DNA of 17,363 bases, taken from the NCBI GenBank assembly GCA_048884785.1, contig JBHLQM010000067.1, forward strand, positions 1 through 17,363, given 5' to 3'. The position numbers and the translations under genes were made by a program. The DNA is from Candidatus Thorarchaeota archaeon. Its GTDB lineage: Archaea; Asgardarchaeota; Thorarchaeia; Thorarchaeales; Thorarchaeaceae. The notes under the pieces are model-generated. The model was not told the origin of the DNA, ran no database searches, and worked only from the letters and a program-made list of their open reading frames with translations. Below, piece by piece: positions 8,177 through 15,849 of the stretch (position 1 is its first letter; every line of letters begins with the position of its first letter).

Positions 8177-9208
8177 TCAGAGTTGCTGAGCAATGAAGCG
8201 TGCTTCTCCAATCCCTCGCTGTACTCCCTCAGGCAATAGGTCGAAAGCGCCATATTGGAGCATCACTTGTTCATAGAATTCTGGTTCGAGTTCTCTGAGC
8301 TTGGCCATTAGCGCCTCATTCTCCTCAACTGGATTCCCATGAAGTGCAAGTAGTGCCATGCCGATCATAGAGATTGCTCGACGCATCTCTAGAATCGCCA
8401 GTTCGAAATCCCCATTCAGCGTCTGAGACTGAGCTCCATAGTAATATCTCTGTGCTTGAGTAAGGTGTGCACCAACTGGTGACTCAGGAGTGATATCTTC
8501 ACTCCGTTCGAACAAATCTATAGACTTCTCTAGCCACCCTCTCACATCTTCAAGTATTGCAAGGAGCTTTCCCTCGTCCAGTCCTTTCAACCTGAATGTC
8601 CGAAGAAATAGTTTGTATACAGTTGGGTCCAGCATTCTTACATCTGATAGTACTTCTGAAGGCTTGATTATGCTAAATACATTGTTTCTCATAAGGACAA
8701 GCCTTCCTAAATCAAAAATTCCTCTTCTCATCTCATGGACGGCACTCACAACATCACCAGATGCAAGTAGTTCATCAGAACGTTTTAGGCCATTCAGTGC
8801 CTTATGCTTCACATTCTCCATGTTTCTCTCAGTCCATCTGTATGTCGCCGCCTTCTGGAGCCATGCTTTCACAATCCCTTCTCTATCGAATTCCACGCGC
8901 GCGTCCTTGAGTCTACTAATCACTCCTGCCACGGTGAAGGGATGGTCTTCTTTATCATCGAATATCTCCTCGATTTTTGCTGGAGTTAGAAAATCCATGT
9001 CAACGACAACTCCCCTATGTTCAGCAAGCAATCGTGCAGGAGCCTCATCGCCAGCCCAGATTATGACTAGATCTAAATCCGAGTTGGTAGTGGCTGTCCC
9101 TTTTACAACTGACCCATAGGTGAATATCCCCTTGACTTCGCTTCGCTTCTTCCACTCATTCACTGTGTCCTTTAGTGCATTGTCAAACTTCCGGTGGAGA
9201 TCCATCAT
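8177..9208 (-). CDS. Pol-beta-superfamily minimal nucleotidyltransferase fused to two HEPN-like helical domains
   Basis: YGSVVKGTATTNSDLDL (GS-x9-SDxD) with a third Asp in VVDMDF. Duplicated helical unit: GDVVSAVHEMRR / GDFELAILEMRR. ATG at 9208 preferred; the ORF track starts at 9232. Confidence 0.8.
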   Translation of the reverse strand: MMDLHRKFDNALKDTVNEWKKRSEVKGIFTYGSVVKGTATTNSDLDLVIIWAGDEAPARLLAEHRGVVVDMDFLTPAKIEEIFDDKEDHPFTVAGVISRLKDARVEFDREGIVKAWLQKAATYRWTERNMENVKHKALNGLKRSDELLASGDVVSAVHEMRRGIFDLGRLVLMRNNVFSIIKPSEVLSDVRMLDPTVYKLFLRTFRLKGLDEGKLLAILEDVRGWLEKSIDLFERSEDITPESPVGAHLTQAQRYYYGAQSQTLNGDFELAILEMRRAISMIGMALLALHGNPVEENEALMAKLRELEPEFYEQVMLQYGAFDLLPEGVQRGIGEARFIAQQL

Positions 9209-9367
9209 CTTCAGTGAGCACTTCCAAATCAAATTCCGCTGTGTAATGTCTGCTATGAGATACTCCTGAGAATAAGAATCTACACCTTATTTACCCTTTC
9301 AATACCAGCGGGTAGGGAGCAATAAATGAAATTTTGTTTCAATCCACGAAATCTGGATCTATTATTC

Positions 9368-10285
9368 CTAGGTTTTGCAGGTTTCATCAATGCACTTAGC
9401 TGTGTAGCTAGTTGCGCAACCTTCATCACAAAATGTGTAGGCTTTGCCTTGAATTATCTTTGTAAGTGCAGAATCCAAATTGAGAGGGTCTCCGCAGAAA
9501 GAACATACAAATCTCATGTCCGCGTCTGATCCACAACACGGAGTCAGAACCATTTTCTTTAGGTTACGCTGAATTTCCAGAAATTCTTCATTATCTGATA
9601 GAAAGATGTATGACATTCCTGTGAGTAGATCACTTAATGCAGTAGCATCAAGATTGACCTCTTTGAGATGTGCAGCAAGGTACTCCGTTGCGTTGTCAAG
9701 CATTTCTATCTGATTTGAAATTAGAGTTTTGAACTCATTTTCTTTTTCAGCAGTCATGCCAACTTCGAAGCCCTTTCCAAACAAGGTCAGATACTGGTCT
9801 ATGATTTCACCACTCAATTTTGAACCTGAAACAACAAACACCTTTGCGGCCCGTCGATAATAGACACCACGCTTGCTTGAAAGCTCTTTTCCTTCAGCGT
9901 CAATCTCACGTTCAGGATATTGCTCAATAAGGCCCTGTTCAAGTAGTTTTGGGAGGTGGTAGTAACAATTGTATTTGAACTTCCTCTCATCTACCTCCTC
10001 TCCATCTATTTCGGCAATGAATTCCTTGACATACTTGACTATTTCAGGTACCGTCATCCAAAACCGTTTCTCTACCTTTTCCCCAACAACCTTGCTGGCA
10101 ACAATCTTTCCGTCCTTATCAACAGTTGCTTCTATAATCTGCTTAGTATCATCGGACCCGTGTCTTAGTGCAACCAGAATTGCACGTCTTACAGGGTCTA
10201 AGAACGAGTCTACTATTTCCGGATTTGTTATCGACATATAACTGCGAATTTTGGTCGCTGGCAGGTCAGGAACGGCCTCTGTCAT
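9368..10285 (-). CDS. ArsR-like winged-helix transcriptional regulator with C-terminal TRASH/YHS metal-binding domain
   Basis: DPVRRAIL...MTVPEI...YYHLPKLLEQGLIE...YYRRAAKVF wHTH pattern. C-terminal CSFCG-x-GKAYTFCDEGC is the TRASH/YHS signature. Confidence 0.75.
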   Translation of the reverse strand: MTEAVPDLPATKIRSYMSITNPEIVDSFLDPVRRAILVALRHGSDDTKQIIEATVDKDGKIVASKVVGEKVEKRFWMTVPEIVKYVKEFIAEIDGEEVDERKFKYNCYYHLPKLLEQGLIEQYPEREIDAEGKELSSKRGVYYRRAAKVFVVSGSKLSGEIIDQYLTLFGKGFEVGMTAEKENEFKTLISNQIEMLDNATEYLAAHLKEVNLDATALSDLLTGMSYIFLSDNEEFLEIQRNLKKMVLTPCCGSDADMRFVCSFCGDPLNLDSALTKIIQGKAYTFCDEGCATSYTAKCIDETCKT

Positions 10286-10309
10286 GTCTATTCTACTTTA
10301 GAAATATTT

Positions 10310-10328
10310 ACTTAATGGCCTATTAAGT
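10310..10328. promoter_or_regulatory. Inverted repeat upstream of the regulator gene (candidate operator)
   Basis: ACTTAAT-GGCCT-ATTAAGT, perfect 7-bp arms, 25 bp upstream of the regulator start and next to TTTAAA at 10335-10340. Confidence 0.4.
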
Positions 10329-10378
10329 TTACCATTTAAACCAATAACCAACAAAGTGTAAAATATTCTGACGGTCAT

Positions 10379-10412
10379 AAAAAACTTTATAAGTAAGTGT
10401 AAACTTTACACT
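10379..10412 (+). promoter_or_regulatory. Archaeal promoter (BRE + TATA) with adjacent palindromic operator
   Basis: A-run 10379-10384, TTTATAAG 10386-10393, then perfect palindrome AGTGTAAA-C-TTTACACT 10396-10412. An extra AGTGTAAA half-site lies at 10355-10362. Confidence 0.65.
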
Positions 10413-10481
10413 AATTGTAAGAAACAATGCGAGTCGTACACCAAGAGGTGTAGTTGACGCGCATCCTACGAGGTAAACAAA

Positions 10482-10601
10482 ATGGCATTAAGTATATCAA
10501 AACGAAAGAATCAGGGTCGTTGGGAGTGCGTCGAATCAAAGAGTCGCGAAGTACATGTCGCTGACACTTATGTCCGCCACGTCGGATCCTTTGTACGATA
10601 A
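10482..10601 (+). CDS. Small protein, 39 aa (MALSISKRKNQGRWECVESKSREVHVADTYVRHVGSFVR)
   Basis: Below the ORF-track cut-off. GAGGT RBS at 10470-10474, ATG at 10482, TAA at 10599-10601. Promoter upstream, hairpin and T-tract downstream. Confidence 0.6.
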   Translation: MALSISKRKNQGRWECVESKSREVHVADTYVRHVGSFVR

Positions 10602-10643
10602 TCTAAGACAATCTCTCTATCCCATCTAACCGAGTCAAATAAC

Positions 10644-10705
10644 GGGGGTTCTACTCTCTTCTACTCCGCAAGGGAGTGGAATCCCCCTAAACTACTTCAT
10701 TTTTA
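10644..10705 (+). terminator. Long stem-loop followed by T-rich tract
   Basis: GGGGGTTCTACTCTCTT (10644-10660) pairs with AAGGGAGTGGAATCCCC (10670-10686), 17 bp including G:U pairs, followed by CATTTTTATT. Confidence 0.55.
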
Positions 10706-10796
10706 TTCAGTCTTCAAATTATAGGGATCTTCATGGTCTTTTTTTCACCCGACATCCATTAATACCCGAAATCCTTCCACCAATCAGGTGTCCCTC

Positions 10797-11501
10797 ATGG
10801 CACGAAACGATGGAAGAGCAAACAATCAATTGAGACCAGTACAGATAACCAGAAACTATCTGAAGCATCCTGAGGGATCAGTGCTGATTTCAACCGGAGA
10901 TACAAAAGTAATCTGTACTGCTACGGTAGAGGAGAGCGTGCCGGGATGGCTCAATGGCTCCGGAAAAGGCTGGGTCACAGCAGAGTATGGTATGCTTCCA
11001 CGTTCGACAAATGAAAGAACTGGTCGCAACCGCGTTTCTGGACGAAGTCAGGAAATTCAGCGATTAATAGGAAGGTCTCTTCGTGCTGCTGTCTACCTGG
11101 AACGTATGGGCGAGAATACAATCAAGATTGATTGCGATGTGATTCAGGCGGATGGTGGTACACGAACAGCGTCGATCACTGGGGCGTATGTTGCCTTGGT
11201 TGATGCTCTGAATTATATGGTTGATATGGACCTGATACCTGATCTTCCCCTACGTGGAAATGTAGCTGCAGTCAGTGTGGGTCTTGTGAATGATGAGTGT
11301 CTTCTAGACCTATCCTATATTGAAGACGTAGATGCTCAAGTGGATATGAACATAGTCATGCTAGAAGATGAGTATGTTGAGATCCAAGGCACAGGTGAAA
11401 GCTCAACTTTTGACAGAGCCACTCTTGATGAGCTTCTTGGCCTCGCCAAGAATGGTATTGAAGAGCTCATCGCGATGCAGAACGCATCACTCATGAAGTG
11501 A
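10797..11501 (+). CDS. rph: Ribonuclease PH (bacterial type)
   Basis: [75 protein letters not shown] and EIQGTGE motifs. ATG at 10797 preferred over GTG at 10788. Confidence 0.92.
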   Translation: MARNDGRANNQLRPVQITRNYLKHPEGSVLISTGDTKVICTATVEESVPGWLNGSGKGWVTAEYGMLPRSTNERTGRNRVSGRSQEIQRLIGRSLRAAVYLERMGENTIKIDCDVIQADGGTRTASITGAYVALVDALNYMVDMDLIPDLPLRGNVAAVSVGLVNDECLLDLSYIEDVDAQVDMNIVMLEDEYVEIQGTGESSTFDRATLDELLGLAKNGIEELIAMQNASLMK

Positions 11502-11623
11502 GAGCATTATGTCTTGATGAAGAGCTGTGGGTGTGATAATCCAATTATACATGCAATGAATCTTACGTTGAACTTCCGGCTTAATAGATACTGATGCAGT
11601 GGTCCACATACTAACGTGTCAAG

Positions 11624-12688
11624 GTGGCCGACTTGCTGGAAAACGAAGTTCACCAATATGAGGTCAAGAAAATCAATGAAACGCTCATATCATATATCCG
11701 AATTGTTGCCAAGAGTCGAGTCGACTTAAAACAACCATTTCAGATGCTGAAGTCGGAGCTTGGTAGTCGAATTATAGGCCCGGGCATGACCATATTTCAT
11801 TATGACACGGGGGTCAAAGAGGGATTTGATGCTGAGGTAGCATATCCTGTTTCTGAGCCATTTGAATCCGGCAACATCAAGAGCAGAGTTCTTGAATGCA
11901 TTGATGCCTTCGTTCATACCTATCACGGTCCTTATGACAAGATGGCTCCAGTTTCCACGGATGTTCACCAATACAGAAATTCACGAGGTCTTGCTGCATG
12001 GCTCAGTCCGAGAGAGGTATATCTTCAAGGACCATTTATGGACAACCCGGAGGATAATGTTACTGAGATACAAGTAGGTATCCATGATTGGGAAAGGAGG
12101 TTTCTTCGGAGTCTTGATGACATCCTAGGTGAAGAGAAGAAAAAGGAAATTCTTCAGGGATATGAGAGTATATCACCCTATTCAACTGCTGAAGAACGGG
12201 CTTGTTGGCTCTCCGGAGCGGTAAAACGTCTAGATTCGATTGCTGACGAACCAGAGAAATATGAGGTAATAGCGCGATGCGCTCATGTTCATCCTCAGGA
12301 GAATATAGACCGCTTCAGAGTAATATATGAGAAGACGGGCGATCTCGATGAGGTAATCAAGTTTCTCAGAACTGACCTTCCCTTTGTTGAGGAACCATAC
12401 CGTGAGGGTAACATCATCTACACAAGCAAGCCTCCGGCAAATCCTGATGCCTACAAGGATGCCACGACTCAAGAAGAGATCATCAAGGCGTACTGTTTCT
12501 GTCCAGTAGTCAAAGCTGCTCTAGAAACAATGCCGCGTACATTCTGCTATTGTGGTGCAGGATGGGCTCGGCAATTCTGGCAAGGTGTCACTGGTAAACC
12601 CGTGGTCAAGGTCGATATACTTGAGACTGTTGTAGACCAAGGAAAGAAGTGCAAGTTTGCGGTTCATCTTCCAGTTGGGGCTACTTGA
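11624..12688 (+). CDS. GyrI-like small-molecule-binding domain fused to a Cys-rich V4R-like (DUF6144-like) domain
   Basis: N-terminal half: DAEVAYPV, HTYHGPYDKM, PREVYLQGP, VTEIQVGI (GyrI-like). C-terminal half: RCAH, YCFCP, FCYCGAGW...GKPVVKVDILETV...CKFAVHL. Confidence 0.75.
   Translation: MADLLENEVHQYEVKKINETLISYIRIVAKSRVDLKQPFQMLKSELGSRIIGPGMTIFHYDTGVKEGFDAEVAYPVSEPFESGNIKSRVLECIDAFVHTYHGPYDKMAPVSTDVHQYRNSRGLAAWLSPREVYLQGPFMDNPEDNVTEIQVGIHDWERRFLRSLDDILGEEKKKEILQGYESISPYSTAEERACWLSGAVKRLDSIADEPEKYEVIARCAHVHPQENIDRFRVIYEKTGDLDEVIKFLRTDLPFVEEPYREGNIIYTSKPPANPDAYKDATTQEEIIKAYCFCPVVKAALETMPRTFCYCGAGWARQFWQGVTGKPVVKVDILETVVDQGKKCKFAVHLPVGAT
12587..12688 (+). repeat. Direct repeat copy 1 (3' 34 codons of the GyrI-fusion gene)
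   Basis: Aligns without gaps to 14716-14817. The 53-bp core 12602-12654 is identical to 14731-14783. Confidence 0.95.
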
Positions 12689-12748
12689 TACGACTTCATC
12701 GATGAGATTTTTATATTACAATGCACTAACTCCATATGGTGCGAAGTT

Positions 12749-14620
12749 TTGTGGGGCAAATACAAATCGGAGATTACACTTACACGAGTCACTGTATCTG
12801 TCTTTCTTGTTTTTCTGATAATCCTTCCCTTCTCATGTGTTATTCCCGATGCCAATTTGTCTGTTGATGTTTCAGAAGCAAATCCAATCGAAACAACTGC
12901 AGAGCATACATCATCAGTCAAGGAGTGGGTGTCTGACGAGAATATACTTCTTCTAAACTCAACAGCCTTTGATGCAGTCAGGGAATTAACCTGGCCATTA
13001 ACCTATAGTCCTAATAGTGAACCTGAGCAACCTGGACCTTTTAGATTCCATATTCCATCTCCTATGCAATATGAATCGAAGGAATTTGGATATCGTGTTG
13101 TTATTGCAATTCAGGAGTACGCCAGTTTACAGATTCGAACGTTTTTTGAATTAGTACAGGGTCGAGTTAATGTCAGTCTAAGGGTATGGTATACCGGAAC
13201 AGAGCATCATATTAATTACTATGAAACCCAAACACAATTTGTATCGTTGGAACTCAATGGAGCAAGTTCAAAAACATCCCTTACAATTGATTCTCCTATT
13301 AGTGAAATCCTAGCCAATGATTCCTACTGGATTAGGTATGTGTATATCTTCGTAAGGTTTGATCCGCTAGAAGATTCAGAAGCAATCTTTCATAGTGTAG
13401 AGGTTGACGGAACTTCAACAAGTCCGCTTTGTCCGCTTACAGTAGATATACGCGACTCTGAAGGAACTAGTCTTTTCCAACATCCTTCTACGTCGCTTCT
13501 TAGACAATTTCCTGCCCTGAATATCACATCTAATAACAGATCGGTCCTCTTTATTCCAAATACAACTAATGATACTCTTTATGTAAGTCCTGGAAGCTAC
13601 CGAATTATCGAAGGTTGGTTTCTTGATTGGTTGGATGAAGATGATTTCGTACAATTCTGGGTATCTGATGTTGAGTTACATGGCAGTGAAGGAGCATGGC
13701 TAGGTTTCGAGCACCGGATGCCTCGCTTATTCATCAATGTTCAACCAAATGTTCCAAAAATAACAATCATTCTTAGAAGCCTGAATAATGAAGAATATCA
13801 CGACCCATATTGGGTAACTATGGCTGCACCACATTTAGATTTTCTATATCTTCCACCTGTCCATCTAGAGCTGAGCCTCTCAATTATAGTTGAGAGGTAC
13901 AGAACCGATATCTATTACAAGAGTTGGATTTTTCAGGAAAGAGTGGACTTTTCAGGAAGTACCGATTTCACACTTGGCATTGAGATTCCTGCATTCACCT
14001 ACTTCGGTCTAATCATAACTCCAGGTGATGTCCTGGTACTAGGAACTTGGATATTCTTTGTGTCTTTAATCTTCATGGAATTCGCTCGTTTATTAATTCC
14101 CAACTGGAGAGAAGGATTGGAGAAACGCTCACATAGTCTTCCTATGATGTTGTTAATCCTGAGTAGTTTCCTTCCTTGGTACCAATACAAAGACAGCTTA
14201 GCTATTACGCATTCAATATTCCCTGCATTTCTAACTGTTTTCCATCAGACCTCTGGAAGTACGATTATGTTGTCCTACATCAACTCGTACCTTTCCCTGC
14301 TTCTAGCTACTGCTATTACCATAATCGGAATCATCTATTGGGTGCCGATTCTTGGAACAAGATTCATCCGCCACAACTTCAGCTGTTTAATAGTACTACT
14401 CGCATCAACGCTAATTTCTGCTTGGGCAATACTTTATGCACCAGTGTTTTCTTGGAATATTGGTCTAGGACTAGTCCTCTCATTGTGTGCTTTACCGACA
14501 TGGCTTCTCATTCGAATCTGGGTAAACTGGGGAAATAACCGTCAGTTATTGCGTGATTATCGAAGAAATCCAAGGTTGATTTTTCCTAACAAAGTAATAC
14601 CTGATGAAAGCGGACAGTAA
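12749..14620 (+). CDS. Hypothetical membrane protein with large extracellular domain and ~5 C-terminal TM helices
   Basis: 623-aa ORF. N-terminal hydrophobic segment (VTVSVFLVFLIILPFS), beta-rich middle with several N-x-S/T sequons, and multiple C-terminal hydrophobic stretches. Start uncertain. Confidence 0.75.
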   Translation: MWGKYKSEITLTRVTVSVFLVFLIILPFSCVIPDANLSVDVSEANPIETTAEHTSSVKEWVSDENILLLNSTAFDAVRELTWPLTYSPNSEPEQPGPFRFHIPSPMQYESKEFGYRVVIAIQEYASLQIRTFFELVQGRVNVSLRVWYTGTEHHINYYETQTQFVSLELNGASSKTSLTIDSPISEILANDSYWIRYVYIFVRFDPLEDSEAIFHSVEVDGTSTSPLCPLTVDIRDSEGTSLFQHPSTSLLRQFPALNITSNNRSVLFIPNTTNDTLYVSPGSYRIIEGWFLDWLDEDDFVQFWVSDVELHGSEGAWLGFEHRMPRLFINVQPNVPKITIILRSLNNEEYHDPYWVTMAAPHLDFLYLPPVHLELSLSIIVERYRTDIYYKSWIFQERVDFSGSTDFTLGIEIPAFTYFGLIITPGDVLVLGTWIFFVSLIFMEFARLLIPNWREGLEKRSHSLPMMLLILSSFLPWYQYKDSLAITHSIFPAFLTVFHQTSGSTIMLSYINSYLSLLLATAITIIGIIYWVPILGTRFIRHNFSCLIVLLASTLISAWAILYAPVFSWNIGLGLVLSLCALPTWLLIRIWVNWGNNRQLLRDYRRNPRLIFPNKVIPDESGQ

Positions 14621-14715
14621 GCAATCACAATGGGAAATGAGACAATCTTGATGCTAAAACGATGATATAGCACCTACTAGCTCAACTCTCAACGAAGAAA
14701 TTTTTGGCTCATTGC

Positions 14716-14817
14716 GTCACTGGCAAACCAGTGGTCAAGGTCGATATACTTGAGACTGTTGTAGACCAAGGAAAGAAGTGCAAATTCGCGGTTCACCTAT
14801 CCGAGGGAGTTGTCTGA
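14716..14817 (+). pseudogene. Direct repeat copy 2: orphan 3' fragment of the GyrI-fusion gene (VTGKPVVKVDILETVVDQGKKCKFAVHLSEGVV*)
   Basis: Differs from copy 1 at 6 of the first 84 nt, all synonymous third positions. The stop is at the same relative position and abuts the stop of the convergent gene at 14818. Confidence 0.9.
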
Positions 14818-15516
14818 TCATCCTACCTCTATCATGAGAGCCTCATTGCAATTCTGACAGCGTACTGAATTTTCAGATATCAAGTGGGATTGCTTGTAGG
14901 TATACGTTGCCTTGCAGTAGGGACAGCGAATGCGACTCAAGGTCAACATCTCACTTTGAGAGCTCGCAAACTCCATTAAGATCTCAAACACACTCGAGCA
15001 GTTCTTGCATCTCACTGTATTACCATCAATATAATCATCTTTTCCATAGACATGGATTGATCCGCAATGAGGACATCTGTCGCCTGGAGAACTGGAGTCT
15101 GCAATCTCCGCCACCCCTCCCAAGATTTGAACCGCGCGGATTATTTCCTTAGTGAGTTTGCCTATGCTCTTCATCTGCGATGTGTAGGTACTGATACCAT
15201 CAAGTGCCGCACCCAAAAAATCCCTAGTATCCGGATTCTCCAATCCTGCTTGCAAATCATTGGGTGTAATAGTAATCCTGTATACAGGTCCTCTCTCATG
15301 ACATGAGAGAAGAATCTCTGCCCATGTCCAGATAGCCAGCTGGTTTTCTAATACCGTAAGTTTTGGAAATAGTCTAAAAGCAATCATTCGGCCCGATTTA
15401 TCATCAATTTTCACATCCCTCACGACGCCCTCTATCCTGTCGATGCCTGTTATCAATTTCTCAAGAGGTACTCCCTTCACGTGAATAATTGTTGGAATGA
15501 CCACTCGTCCCATCAC
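14818..15516 (-). CDS. Hypothetical protein with two tandem C-terminal zinc ribbons
   Basis: CPHC-x-VRCKNC and CPYC-x-VRCQNC, two similar units. AGGAG lies just upstream of the start on the minus strand. Confidence 0.8.
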   Translation of the reverse strand: MMGRVVIPTIIHVKGVPLEKLITGIDRIEGVVRDVKIDDKSGRMIAFRLFPKLTVLENQLAIWTWAEILLSCHERGPVYRITITPNDLQAGLENPDTRDFLGAALDGISTYTSQMKSIGKLTKEIIRAVQILGGVAEIADSSSPGDRCPHCGSIHVYGKDDYIDGNTVRCKNCSSVFEILMEFASSQSEMLTLSRIRCPYCKATYTYKQSHLISENSVRCQNCNEALMIEVG

Positions 15517-15716
15517 TCCTATTTACTTGTTTCAAAGAACAATATGCATGAACAATGATAACCATTTCCAACTGCGACTCAAAACTACCACATCTCAACA
15601 CAGAAATCTACCTGTCATGGACTAGAATTTCATGTACTTCTAGCCGGTTCATCTCCTAAGGCTCAGAATCCCATAGAACTGCGTTCTACCGAGGTCATAG
15701 GGCATTGGCACATTGC

Positions 15717-15727
15717 GTAAGCTTTAA
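15717..15727 (+). promoter_or_regulatory. Putative rRNA promoter P1 (BRE/TATA)
   Basis: GTAAGCTTTAA, identical to 15822-15832, containing a TTTAA TATA-like core upstream of the 23S gene. Confidence 0.55.
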
Positions 15728-15821
15728 TTGAGAATGATACGAAATTAATTTGCTCTCGTTGAGTAGAGAAGGTCTCTTGCGTCTTAAGATGCGGGGCTGT
15801 TCTGGTGAACCTCAACGCATA

Positions 15822-15833
15822 GTAAGCTTTAAA
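15822..15833 (+). promoter_or_regulatory. Putative rRNA promoter P2 (BRE/TATA)
   Basis: GTAAGCTTTAAA. GC-richer structured sequence begins about 20-25 nt downstream. Confidence 0.6.
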
Positions 15834-15849
15834 TTCCGTGCCAATTAGG

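Noticed and set aside
7438-9119. Long plus-strand ORFs 7438-7908 and 8490-9119, and other short ORFs nested in genes
   Set aside because: They are Ser/Leu/Phe-rich antisense or alternate-frame shadows of better-supported genes.
8177-9208. Classical MNT-HEPN toxin-antitoxin
   Set aside because: It is a single fused ORF without a recognisable R-x4-6-H RNase motif in the helical domains.
10644-10687. SECIS element
   Set aside because: It lacks the AUGA/GA core or GAA/A motif, and no upstream ORF has a plausible in-frame UGA (the small ORF ends in TAA).
12587-14817. Diversity-generating retroelement TR/VR pair (a ~100-bp repeat at a gene 3' end)
   Set aside because: Differences are not confined to adenines in either copy (T/C changes occur) and are synonymous over the first 28 codons. 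No reverse transcriptase is present in the window.
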